This document shows, piece after piece, positions 36,246 to 45,169 of a DNA stretch of 64,000 nt. The stretch comes from a virus. Its lineage: Duplodnaviria > Caudoviricetes. The notes beneath the pieces are model-generated. The model saw nothing but the letters and a program-made list of their open reading frames with translations. It was not told the DNA's origin and did not search any database. The DNA is taken from IMG/VR virus record IMGVR_UViG_3300044266_000210, positions 32,001-96,000 of that record; one strand, given 5' to 3'. Made by a program: the position numbers and the translations under genes. Numbering within the stretch: the stretch's first letter is position 1; each line of letters opens with the position of its first letter.

Positions 36246-36515
36246 TTACTTTCCGTTGTAAATTTCTTTCTGACCTTTATACCAAGTGATCCAATCATCT
36301 ACCTTGGATTTACAATCATAATATGTAGCATAGTTATCGGCAACAACTTCTACGATTTCACTTAGCTTGGTTACATTAGGATCTACTTGTTTAAGATCGG
36401 GACAGGCCTCTAATAATTCTTTAGGAACATCAGGCCACACTTGTTTAACTGGTACAGGATCTTTGAATAAGCAACCTGCTAGGAATAAGGGAGCAAGCAA
36501 TAATAGGTATTTCAT
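36246..36515 (-). CDS. o-spanin (Rz1-like lipoprotein)
   Basis: LAGC lipobox, Pro-rich segment, C...C; follows the i-spanin. Confidence 0.8.
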   Translation of the reverse strand: MKYLLLLAPLFLAGCLFKDPVPVKQVWPDVPKELLEACPDLKQVDPNVTKLSEIVEVVADNYATYYDCKSKVDDWITWYKGQKEIYNGK

Positions 36516-36967
36516 TTTGCTTTCTCCGGATTTCGAGCTGCCTTGTTTAGCAGTTCTGGGACCTTTGGGTCAATTTCACACTTAGCATCGATTAATTTTT
36601 CTACTTCTTTAATCTCTGTCTTAACGGTAGCGTAATATTCAACTCGAACTTTTTGCTTTTTCTTACGCTCAACATCTAGGTCTTTATTAAGCTGTAGAGC
36701 CATTGCGGCCTTACGATCGGCTTCTTCTTGTGCTAGTCGAACTTTTTCTTCCCACATGGCTTGCACACCTGCACCGCCGTACATGAATACACAAACAAGT
36801 GTTACAATTCCTGAAACAGGTTTAATTAATTTGGCATAGATACCTAATGAAGGTACATGGCTAAGTATGCCAGAAAGTAAAAATATAACTAATGCGGCTA
36901 CACCGCTGGCTAACCAAGCCCAGGATGGAATGCTACTTAGAAATAATTCTAGTAACCATGTTAGCAT
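36512..36967 (-). CDS. i-spanin (Rz-like)
   Basis: N-terminal TM segments plus coiled coil; between endolysin and o-spanin. Confidence 0.75.
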   Translation of the reverse strand: MLTWLLELFLSSIPSWAWLASGVAALVIFLLSGILSHVPSLGIYAKLIKPVSGIVTLVCVFMYGGAGVQAMWEEKVRLAQEEADRKAAMALQLNKDLDVERKKKQKVRVEYYATVKTEIKEVEKLIDAKCEIDPKVPELLNKAARNPEKAK

Positions 36968-37597
36968 TTAGCCCCCTAAAACCTGTATAGCGTGGTTATA
37001 GTGTTTAATGCGATCATCCAGGCCTAGTGTACCGCCATTAATCTTTTTAGTCATTGTTACCATGTCGCCCTTGTCTGCCAGAGCATTTAGGTTAGTTGAT
37101 TCCCAGAACCATGCGGCACTTTGTACACAACCTTCAAATGTTGTTAAGTGTTCGCTAGCTTCGTCTAGGCTAATTTCTAAACTTTGTGCGTATCGTGTGT
37201 AGTTGTCTTTACCAGTTAACTGAATTAGTCCACGACCGCAAAACTTCCAACCGTCACCGCTTTCTTCGGGACCATTACCCATACGGTTTGCATACGCACG
37301 ATTGGCAATACGCTCTTGATTATGAGCATATTGATTGGCAATATCTAGATTAGGAAAATACTTAGGCCATACACGCATTAGACTTGCAGCCTGATAATTT
37401 AAATTTTCCTTGATTGCACGATACCCGCCGGATTCGTGCGCTGTTTGTGCTAAGAATGCCGCAACACGTGGTACAGTATTAATATCATAGTCTGGTAGAA
37501 TTTCACATAATGCTTCAAACCAATGTTCAGCATACGGAGGATTTCCTACACACACTTTAAATTTATCTAATGTAAAATCAAAATCAAAATTAGCCAT
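36968..37597 (-). CDS. GH19 endolysin
   Basis: FLAQTAHESG, ENLNY, GRGLIQLTGKDNY, SAAWFW, INGGTLGLDDR. Confidence 0.92.
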   Translation of the reverse strand: MANFDFDFTLDKFKVCVGNPPYAEHWFEALCEILPDYDINTVPRVAAFLAQTAHESGGYRAIKENLNYQAASLMRVWPKYFPNLDIANQYAHNQERIANRAYANRMGNGPEESGDGWKFCGRGLIQLTGKDNYTRYAQSLEISLDEASEHLTTFEGCVQSAAWFWESTNLNALADKGDMVTMTKKINGGTLGLDDRIKHYNHAIQVLGG

Positions 37598-37606
37598 TGT
37601 TTACCT

Positions 37607-38353
37607 TTATAATTTAATTACTACTGCTTTATTTTTATTACGAATTAAAAACTTATCACCAATTTTATTAATTTCGTAATTACCTAAATACTTTTCTAAA
37701 AAGACAGTCTGACCCTGGCTTGCTTCATCTAAACTTAGTGCCCCGGGTACTGTATCTTTAACAAGATCGTATTCGCCAATAGAAATAAATTTTGCCTTAA
37801 CATCACCACTGTAGGGCTTGCTAAATGTTAGGTTATTATTTTCATCGAGCTCAACCTCTGCGCTACCTTGATCAAAGAATTCTTTAACATCAGTAGATTT
37901 AAATTCCATTACTTTTTGTTCATACTCGCCAGGGGTTAACGGAACATGTTCTCGTATCATATCCTTTGTGTATTCAACACTTTTAGGGCTTTTTTGATAA
38001 CGGAATCTCCACTCTCGAATATCAGTTAATTGGCTTACACCGCGAAGCAAATCTTCAAGTTGTCCTGGCAAATTTTCAGTTCTTTCAATTTCAACGAATA
38101 CTTGATATCGACCATCATGTTCTTCTCCTGAGCTCATATCAGCGTCTAGAATAAACTGATATCCTCGTTCTAAGAACTCCATTAGATCAGCCGCAGGATT
38201 TTTTTCTGTAACTGAAAATCCAAGCACTACTACATCTTTATCCTCGCCCATTTTACTACGATATTGATCGACTGTAAAAAGTTCATCAACAAGGTCTTTG
38301 AGATCTTGTGATCTTAGACCTTCGTTAAGCTGCTGGGGTTTCTGATTCTGCAT
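37607..38353 (-). CDS. Hypothetical late/structural protein
   Basis: 248 aa, N-terminal LNE site. Confidence 0.7.
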   Translation of the reverse strand: MQNQKPQQLNEGLRSQDLKDLVDELFTVDQYRSKMGEDKDVVVLGFSVTEKNPAADLMEFLERGYQFILDADMSSGEEHDGRYQVFVEIERTENLPGQLEDLLRGVSQLTDIREWRFRYQKSPKSVEYTKDMIREHVPLTPGEYEQKVMEFKSTDVKEFFDQGSAEVELDENNNLTFSKPYSGDVKAKFISIGEYDLVKDTVPGALSLDEASQGQTVFLEKYLGNYEINKIGDKFLIRNKNKAVVIKL

Positions 38354-38864
38354 TTTCTGGACTCTCCTGTGCTACTTCACTTGCCTCGGCTGTAGCACTA
38401 GCATCGGTACGATACTTCATAAATTCTGCCATCTTGTTATGTTCTTGATTTTCTTTACCAATATACACATCCTGCATTAGTTTTTTAGGCATAGTAATTT
38501 CTACGACCCAAACAGGATGTGCATCAATTTTACCTTTCTTAGTTCCTGGTCTAAAGTCTCCTGGACTTTTAATTTTTCTAGGAATAAGAATATGTGTCTT
38601 TTTATAAACAACCTTGCACCCGTAATCATTTAATCGTTGTCCACCTTCGGGGTCTGGCATTTCATCTGCAGACCACATAAATGCACAAGTTACACTATAT
38701 CTACTAACCTCAGGGCCGGACAATAATTCACCTTCTTCCCAATTTTTAAATACATAGATATCAAGTTCGTCGATTACTCTTTCAAAGTCTTTTAGTACTT
38801 TAAACGCATCGTTATTCTCGCTAAGAGTTTGTACATTTTTAATTACATCAATAATGTCGTGCAT
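38325..38864 (-). CDS. Hypothetical late protein
   Basis: 179 aa; exact TATAAATA about 20 nt upstream. Confidence 0.7.
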   Translation of the reverse strand: MHDIIDVIKNVQTLSENNDAFKVLKDFERVIDELDIYVFKNWEEGELLSGPEVSRYSVTCAFMWSADEMPDPEGGQRLNDYGCKVVYKKTHILIPRKIKSPGDFRPGTKKGKIDAHPVWVVEITMPKKLMQDVYIGKENQEHNKMAEFMKYRTDASATAEASEVAQESPENAESETPAA

Positions 38865-38992
38865 GAGGGCTCTCTTTATTGTTTTATTTATACCAAATGC
38901 TTGCAGACAAAAAATAGGCCATTAGAGCAATTTTTTTTGTCAAGAGTGTAAATATCTATGCAGGTCGAGTCGATATTACCAAGGAGGTAAAA

Positions 38993-39751
38993 TTGCCTAG
39001 AACTAAACGACGTAACATAAAAGAGCAGGTTCATCATGATCCACGCTCTTTGCAACAGGTGGATAACTTGATCGCTATCAAGCCCTATCTAAAAAGAAAG
39101 CAACAGGTCTTAATCGTACCACGCAATGTGGCGCAAGAACATTATCTAGAACTGTTAAAAAATCCCCGCAAATTTATTACTTTTGCCATAGGCCCGGCAG
39201 GAACGGGTAAGACAATGTTAGCTGTACAGATGGCTATTAAATTGTTTAAAGAAGGTGCGATAAGTAAGATTATTGTTACAAGACCTGCCGTAAGTGTAGA
39301 TGAAGAACATGGATTTCTGCCGGGAACACTGAATCAAAAAATGGAGCCGTGGACACGCCCTATATTTGATGTGTTTGAAGAGTACTATCACCCGAGAGAA
39401 ATTGCAGATATGTTAGAAGATGGTGTAATTGAAATATCACCACTTGCATACATGCGAGGAAGGACTTTTAAAAATGCTTTCATCATTGCGGACGAGATGC
39501 AGAATGCAACTCCGTCGCAAATGAAAATGTTACTGACCCGTCTAGGAGAAAATTCTAGAATGGTAGTAACAGGTGACTTGAACCAGGCTGATCGGCCACG
39601 GGAAAACGGTCTGCTAGAATTTTGCACATTATACGGCCAAGGAGGTGATTATCGTATGATTGCTATGGCAAGGTTTGAGTCTAGGGATGTTGAACGCCAT
39701 CCTGTGGTAAAAGAAGTTTTGAGTATCTATAAGGAGATGAGTATCGAGTAA
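38993..39751 (+). CDS. phoH: PhoH-family ATPase
   Basis: GPAGTGKT, TRPAV, GFLPG, YMRGRTF, DEMQN, GDLNQAD; TTG start after AAGGAGGT. Confidence 0.95.
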   Translation: MPRTKRRNIKEQVHHDPRSLQQVDNLIAIKPYLKRKQQVLIVPRNVAQEHYLELLKNPRKFITFAIGPAGTGKTMLAVQMAIKLFKEGAISKIIVTRPAVSVDEEHGFLPGTLNQKMEPWTRPIFDVFEEYYHPREIADMLEDGVIEISPLAYMRGRTFKNAFIIADEMQNATPSQMKMLLTRLGENSRMVVTGDLNQADRPRENGLLEFCTLYGQGGDYRMIAMARFESRDVERHPVVKEVLSIYKEMSIE

Positions 39752-39772
39752 GGCCTTTTCAAAACCCAAGAG

Positions 39773-39818
39773 AAAACCGCATAGCCCTCGACCTGCAAAA
39801 CAGCTATGCGGTTTTTTT
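39773..39818. terminator. Bidirectional intrinsic terminator with a 17-nt loop
   Basis: AAAACCGCATAGC-N17-GCTATGCGGTTTTTTT between the convergent phoH and clamp loader genes. Confidence 0.85.
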
Positions 39819-40737
39819 ATTGTAGGCGTGCTAGTTTGATTAGCGTAGCACTGAGATTAATTTCATGATCAGCACATAGTGAGTTATCAACTAAACCTTG
39901 TTTAAGAATAAGAATGGCACTGTCTTTCTTTTCTTCAGTATCGCCGAATAAATCTAAATTGTCATAGCACCATCTAAAAATACTTTCCATATCTTCTGCT
40001 GGCGCACGAGCACATAGTAATTGTCGAGCTTCTTTGATTTTGCCTTTCTTAAAAAGCTCTACCATTTCTACTTTATAATCGCTTACTCCTGCGTCTTCAT
40101 CTCTGGGATTTAGTAATTTTCCATCGACACTATTTGTTTGTAATAGTTTGATACAACTACGCAGATCAGGATAGGTAACCTTAACATAAGTGTCTAGTAT
40201 ATCGAGATCAAAGTCTATTCCTTCGTTAACTAAAATTGTAGCTGCTCTTGCGGTAAATTCAGTTTGATCGGTGCTGGTAAAATGCATTGGGTTACAACGA
40301 CTCTTAATTGGTTGTTGCACACGATTAGGATTGTTACATGTTAGGATAAATCTAGCATGACTGCTGTATTCTTCGATGATACCTTTTAAACTATCCTGCG
40401 CCTGCTGACTTAGTCGATCTGCCTCGTCAAGAATAACAACTTTAAACGGACCAAACGGAATCATTGAGATAAATGGCACAATTTTATCACGGATAAAATC
40501 GATACCTGTTTCTCGGCTAGCGTTAACTTCTAACACATCATAATCCTCAATGTGAAGTTCATTTAACAAAACTTTTGCTAAAGTAGTTTTTCCAATGCCC
40601 GGGCTACCGCTCATTAACAAGTGCGGAATACTTCCTTCTTTAATCCATGCCTGAATTTGACGACGATGTGCGTCATCTTTGAATACATAATCTTTAATCG
40701 TCTTAGGACGATATTTTTCAGTCCATAATTCTTTCAA
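39817..40737 (-). CDS. Clamp loader ATPase (RFC / T4 gp44-like)
   Basis: WTEKYRP, GSPGIGKTT, NAS, LDEAD, SRC. Confidence 0.93.
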   Translation of the reverse strand: MKELWTEKYRPKTIKDYVFKDDAHRRQIQAWIKEGSIPHLLMSGSPGIGKTTLAKVLLNELHIEDYDVLEVNASRETGIDFIRDKIVPFISMIPFGPFKVVILDEADRLSQQAQDSLKGIIEEYSSHARFILTCNNPNRVQQPIKSRCNPMHFTSTDQTEFTARAATILVNEGIDFDLDILDTYVKVTYPDLRSCIKLLQTNSVDGKLLNPRDEDAGVSDYKVEMVELFKKGKIKEARQLLCARAPAEDMESIFRWCYDNLDLFGDTEEKKDSAILILKQGLVDNSLCADHEINLSATLIKLARLQ

Positions 40738-40988
40738 AATATTTCCTCTGCGATACCAAGCACTTCTGCTAGAATAAGAAAAACACCGGCGCCAATCAAA
40801 TCACCCTGGATAAGTCTAAAACCAGCCGCAAAACGCATGCCACTCTTAACAATGCTAATCCTAAAATGCCATTTGCTGGTGTCCTTGGGTTGAATATTAA
40901 TCATAGGAGGATGATGTGGACAGCGGCCTTGATTATAGTCGCAGTCTGGACTGTATTCTTTGCCGCACGTTGAACATTTTTGATTCAT
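40734..40988 (-). CDS. Hypothetical protein (Cys-rich N-terminus, hydrophobic C-terminus)
   Basis: 84 aa. Confidence 0.6.
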   Translation of the reverse strand: MNQKCSTCGKEYSPDCDYNQGRCPHHPPMINIQPKDTSKWHFRISIVKSGMRFAAGFRLIQGDLIGAGVFLILAEVLGIAEEIF

Positions 40989-41368
40989 TATCGCAATGCT
41001 TCCTGGGTGATAATTTTATCAATTTCTCGACCAAAGTCTTGGTCATTAGTAATAACATAAAGACCATTTGAATGACGATCTGTCTTACGCTCGTATCGAC
41101 GAGTTTCAACAACTCGACCGCCGTTAGCTGTATAAACTGTAAAATGAATTGCTCTCTCAGGCTGATCAATGGTTGACTCACTTCTACCAATTCTAAGTGA
41201 TTTGGTAGAAACGATATCCTGACTACCAACGAGATTTACTGCTTGCCCTCGTTCTGCATCAACTGCCTCTTTAACGGATTTAAGCATCCATCTTTTAAAA
41301 AACCCAATTTTCTTTTTTGGAACCGACATTTGTTTTTGGTCCGACTCTACTGCGTATCCTGTTTCCAT
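40988..41368 (-). CDS. Hypothetical protein
   Basis: 126 aa, coupled at both ends. Confidence 0.7.
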   Translation of the reverse strand: METGYAVESDQKQMSVPKKKIGFFKRWMLKSVKEAVDAERGQAVNLVGSQDIVSTKSLRIGRSESTIDQPERAIHFTVYTANGGRVVETRRYERKTDRHSNGLYVITNDQDFGREIDKIITQEALR

Positions 41369-41829
41369 TATTTGTTCCTTTCTGCTTCTGCTACACGTTT
41401 ACGAAGACTCGAAGAACTGAAACTATGATCTCGTCCGTTGTAGACAATTTCAATTCCTCGCTTTTCACAAATATTTCTACCTGTAAAATCTTTATCTTTG
41501 TATTCTACACCTAATATTCTAACATCAATAGGCAGCGTGAGCAAGATGTCTTCGAGATCTTTTTCTGTTTGGTAAACAACTATTTCGTCCACAAATCTAC
41601 AGGCACTGAGAGTAATCTGTCTTTCTACGATGCTTTGGATGGGTTTGTTTTTTGTTTCTGGACGATCAATAGTAGGATCTGTTTGCAGTCCACAGATTAG
41701 ATAATCGCAGTGATTTTTAACTTCGGCTAACATAGCAACATGACCTGCGTGGAGCAGGTCAAATGTACTAAATGTTATTCCAATTTTTAGGCCTTTGGCC
41801 TTAAGTTCTTTAACTTTGTTGAATATCAT
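41368..41829 (-). CDS. Glycerol-3-phosphate cytidylyltransferase-like (TagD family)
   Basis: FDLLHAGH, ER, VDE, SSSSLR. Confidence 0.88.
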   Translation of the reverse strand: MIFNKVKELKAKGLKIGITFSTFDLLHAGHVAMLAEVKNHCDYLICGLQTDPTIDRPETKNKPIQSIVERQITLSACRFVDEIVVYQTEKDLEDILLTLPIDVRILGVEYKDKDFTGRNICEKRGIEIVYNGRDHSFSSSSLRKRVAEAERNK

Positions 41830-41977
41830 TTTTATTTTTACAAAGGATATTGATCATTCGTGTTCGCCATAACATGGCATCTTCTTCATAATCAAATTCT
41901 GGGCTGAGTGCGGTATCGTGATCGTTGTCTTCAACCCATACCCACACCTCGGCAAATTCGTCGTGAATTAATTTCAT
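41810..41977 (-). CDS. 55-aa hypothetical protein (not in ORF track)
   Basis: MKLIHDEFAEVWVWVEDNDH...; ATGA overlap with the upstream gene and fills the gap. Confidence 0.55.
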   Translation of the reverse strand: MKLIHDEFAEVWVWVEDNDHDTALSPEFDYEEDAMLWRTRMINILCKNKNDIQQS

Positions 41978-42213
41978 TTTTCAGAAAGTATGTTAATTAC
42001 TTTTTTCTTGTCATGCTCTCGAAGCCAGTCGTCCTCGCCTACAAATGTAGGGCATCTTTTTAGAGCATCTTCTAAAATCCATTTTATTCTGTAAAGATCT
42101 TGTTTAGTATAAAATCCTGTGAATCCATCATTGTAAGGACTCATACATTCGTAGGCAGCAGAGTTGATTTGTTGTGCGATGTTAGCAACATCCCAGGATT
42201 TTTTAAAGCCCAT
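41974..42213 (-). CDS. Hypothetical protein
   Basis: 79 aa. Confidence 0.65.
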   Translation of the reverse strand: MGFKKSWDVANIAQQINSAAYECMSPYNDGFTGFYTKQDLYRIKWILEDALKRCPTFVGEDDWLREHDKKKVINILSEK

Positions 42214-42215
42214 GA

Positions 42216-42557
42216 TCAGCCCAACGAACGATAGTAATCAACAGCAGGTGCTTCGTCTGAGGCTAGCATAATTGCAGATGATTCCACCATCCTAACTTCT
42301 AGAATAGAACCATCTTCTTGTTCGACTTCAACAGTTCGAGTCCATCGTCCGTGTTCTATAAGGATCCATTGACCAACTTCAACATCTTCCTGTTCTGGAC
42401 CAATTGCCCATACCTTGCCCCATCGTGGAGTAATGCCTTCTGGTTTACCGTTAGCACTGGGAATAAAAATTCCTCCCGAAGTTTGCTGTTCTCCAAATTC
42501 CATGTCGCTGACAAATACCTTGTCGTGTAACGGTTTAATAGTTCCTTTTACTTTCAT
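42216..42557 (-). CDS. groES: Co-chaperonin GroES-like
   Basis: IKPLHDKVFV, TSGGIFIP mobile loop, GKVWAIGP. Confidence 0.85.
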   Translation of the reverse strand: MKVKGTIKPLHDKVFVSDMEFGEQQTSGGIFIPSANGKPEGITPRWGKVWAIGPEQEDVEVGQWILIEHGRWTRTVEVEQEDGSILEVRMVESSAIMLASDEAPAVDYYRSLG

Positions 42558-42848
42558 TTATTCCTCTGATTGAGCTTTCTTTGTTTTAGGGGCAGCAGTT
42601 GCAGTCGGGACCGGTTGCGGAGTATTTGTTTCTACTACTCTAGTACCAGCAGCCTTAACTTTAGCCTTGGGATTATTTTCGTAATACTCTGCCACTACCT
42701 GCTCTCGCGTTTTTTCAATTTTACCACCGGGCCCTAACTTGTCGCCTCTAGCGTTCATTTTAGCATTTCCTACAGCAGGTGTCAACTCATGCTTCTGCAT
42801 AAGTTTGTCCATATCAATAACTTGTCCTTGCATAGTTCTGTAAACCAT
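42558..42848 (-). CDS. Hypothetical protein
   Basis: 96 aa, AAGGAG RBS. Confidence 0.7.
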   Translation of the reverse strand: MVYRTMQGQVIDMDKLMQKHELTPAVGNAKMNARGDKLGPGGKIEKTREQVVAEYYENNPKAKVKAAGTRVVETNTPQPVPTATAAPKTKKAQSEE

Positions 42849-42849
42849 T

Positions 42850-43374
42850 TTATTTCTCCTTAAGAAACTCGTGTATATCGAGTTCGTATTTAATACTATC
42901 TATTTTATGAACACCTAAAAGATATAGTATATAGCTGGCAACACTTGATCCTCGACCTACTCCCCACACTATATTATTGGCTTTCATTGTATCTACCAAA
43001 TATTTAAGATAGTAAAGTAGGTTAAGCATATCGTGATTGATAAAAAGTATAAGCTCTTGATCTACTCTTGCTCTTTGCTCATCAGTAGTACATTTGCTAT
43101 GCAAAAAATCCACAATAGGAAATTCGTAACATTCTGTGGGCATATACCATTTGTGTTGATTTATTTCATCGAACTCGTTGACACTTATATCAGATATGTC
43201 TTGTACGGGCTCCAGTAATGGAATAGGATCTGCGTTTTTCTTCTGAGCAGAATTGTATGCATCTATGCCACTGGCAATGGTAACACCTGATAAGTTTTTG
43301 AGTTTACCTGTGTACAGTGCTTCGAACGCTTCTTCTGGGGATATTGTTACTCTACCGTAACTATCAACTTTCAC
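42850..43374 (-). CDS. DNA polymerase III alpha (DnaE)-like fragment
   Basis: RVDQEL...WGVGRGSSVASYILYLLGVHKIDSIKYEL; ends before the PDID motif; GTG start. Confidence 0.8.
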   Translation of the reverse strand: MKVDSYGRVTISPEEAFEALYTGKLKNLSGVTIASGIDAYNSAQKKNADPIPLLEPVQDISDISVNEFDEINQHKWYMPTECYEFPIVDFLHSKCTTDEQRARVDQELILFINHDMLNLLYYLKYLVDTMKANNIVWGVGRGSSVASYILYLLGVHKIDSIKYELDIHEFLKEK

Positions 43375-43921
43375 TCTTCTTTCCGCCTTTGATAATTTTA
43401 GGCTCAAATCGCGGACTTTCTTCGTTGGCTAGATCTCCCCAACTTTCTATAATACCATGTCCTGTATAAGGAGAATCCATATTCCACCAATGGTTACCAA
43501 CAATTTCTAATCCGCAGGTATCTGAGTCTGATATATTATAGCATATATTATCTCCTACGGCGCTGTCAATACTGATCATGTCAATATGGAAATATTTTTC
43601 AGAAATGGAAAGAAATTTGGAGTAGAGAACATGACCTACAAACAGATCATATGGTTCGGTTGGAAAGAGTACAATATTGTTACTTGATTTAACAAATGTC
43701 TCTAATAGAGGATTTTCTTTGTTTATAAAGATACTGTTATGTAGATATTGATCAATGAAATATCTAATTTTTTTATAACCAGTTGATATTCCACCGGGTG
43801 CTGTTTCGATGGGTAATATGCTTATGTTGAACGTATATGAGTTTGGTAAAATTCTATCTTCAGTTGCCAGGGTACATACAAAGCTAACCGGCCAAACAAT
43901 TTGACTGCTTTCAATCGACAT
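43364..43921 (-). CDS. Hypothetical protein
   Basis: 185 aa, overlaps neighbours. Confidence 0.65.
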   Translation of the reverse strand: MSIESSQIVWPVSFVCTLATEDRILPNSYTFNISILPIETAPGGISTGYKKIRYFIDQYLHNSIFINKENPLLETFVKSSNNIVLFPTEPYDLFVGHVLYSKFLSISEKYFHIDMISIDSAVGDNICYNISDSDTCGLEIVGNHWWNMDSPYTGHGIIESWGDLANEESPRFEPKIIKGGKKSES

Positions 43922-44156
43922 TTATTAAATCATCAAGCCCTTGTTCTTTTTGTTTTTCGTCTAACTTCTTCATTGCTGCTCTTTGACGGACTTGGTATTC
44001 GTATTTGTATTGTTCAAGAGTTACAACAATTTGATGTGCTAGTCCTCCTTGACCGAGTCTAAGAGCAAGACTATATTTTTGACTTAGATCTAGAATTTTC
44101 TTTTCTAAATCCAAGTCTTTAAGTTTAGTTACATCTTCAATGAGAGGATTAAACAT
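43911..44156 (-). CDS. Hypothetical protein
   Basis: 81 aa. Confidence 0.65.
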   Translation of the reverse strand: MFNPLIEDVTKLKDLDLEKKILDLSQKYSLALRLGQGGLAHQIVVTLEQYKYEYQVRQRAAMKKLDEKQKEQGLDDLINVD

Positions 44157-45111
44157 TAGTGGAAGTTGTTAGCGCATTAACCTGTGCTTGTAATGTATCT
44201 ACTTTACTGCTTAGTTCTTTAATTGCTTCAATTAGCAGACCGGTAAATTTTTCATACTTAACACTCAAGTCGCCGTTTGCTTTCATGAATACAACTCGTG
44301 GAAATACTTCTTGTACTTCTTGAGCAATAACACCAGTGTCATTTTTATTCAACAAAGGACTGAAGTTTAAGTTTTGCATATATGCATCTGACCAATCATA
44401 GTAAACACCACGAAGTTGGTTAACCATGTCAAGCGCCTGTGTAATAGTTGCTACATTTTCTTTTAGACGGGCATCCGATGGGCTACCTGCAAAAGCTGTA
44501 ACATTACCTGTGACGACAATATCGCCGTCGATATATAAATTACCCGTTGGGGTTTGGTGGGGGTTTCTGAATGTCAAAGTATCACCTACTGAAAAAGAAC
44601 CTACAGGAAACGGAGAGCTTACTGTAACATAATTAGTCGCAGCATCTATGTTAGTTACGGTATATGGTTGAGAACCAATTGTTACAGTTGCACCTACTGC
44701 AATTTCCTTTACTGAAGTTACCGCAAATACGGTAGCTGTTGTATCTGTTACTGAATCTGTTAAGGCATACGCTGCCTGTGTTGTAACGGTGTGTGTTACA
44801 CCAATAAGTTGAATACTGTTATCTTGACTTTGTGCTATAATCCCGCCAGCTCCGTTGGAAACAAGTACAACTGAACCTGTAGTTCCAACAGTTAGATCCT
44901 GCAGGGCATGAATATGCGTAGCTGTAGAAAATTCAGTGCCTCCAAAGGTACTGATAACACCGCTGATATTATCAATTTCTCCCTGTGTAGCCAATAGACT
45001 TTGTTGAATAATTGAAAAATTATTCCTAAATCCTTGACTATCGTTGTCCTGTCCTGCTACAGGAAATCCCGTATCAATGGTATTAATAAGATTTGTTATG
45101 GTAGATGCCAT
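44149..45111 (-). CDS. Fiber protein with C-terminal intramolecular chaperone (peptidase S74)
   Basis: SDARLKENV, GVIAQEV, LLIEAIKEL coiled end. Confidence 0.85.
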   Translation of the reverse strand: MASTITNLINTIDTGFPVAGQDNDSQGFRNNFSIIQQSLLATQGEIDNISGVISTFGGTEFSTATHIHALQDLTVGTTGSVVLVSNGAGGIIAQSQDNSIQLIGVTHTVTTQAAYALTDSVTDTTATVFAVTSVKEIAVGATVTIGSQPYTVTNIDAATNYVTVSSPFPVGSFSVGDTLTFRNPHQTPTGNLYIDGDIVVTGNVTAFAGSPSDARLKENVATITQALDMVNQLRGVYYDWSDAYMQNLNFSPLLNKNDTGVIAQEVQEVFPRVVFMKANGDLSVKYEKFTGLLIEAIKELSSKVDTLQAQVNALTTSTNV

Positions 45112-45169
45112 TTAGTAAACTCCGCAAATAACTTGTATTATTTATTATCAAAATATGTAACCTATTTTT

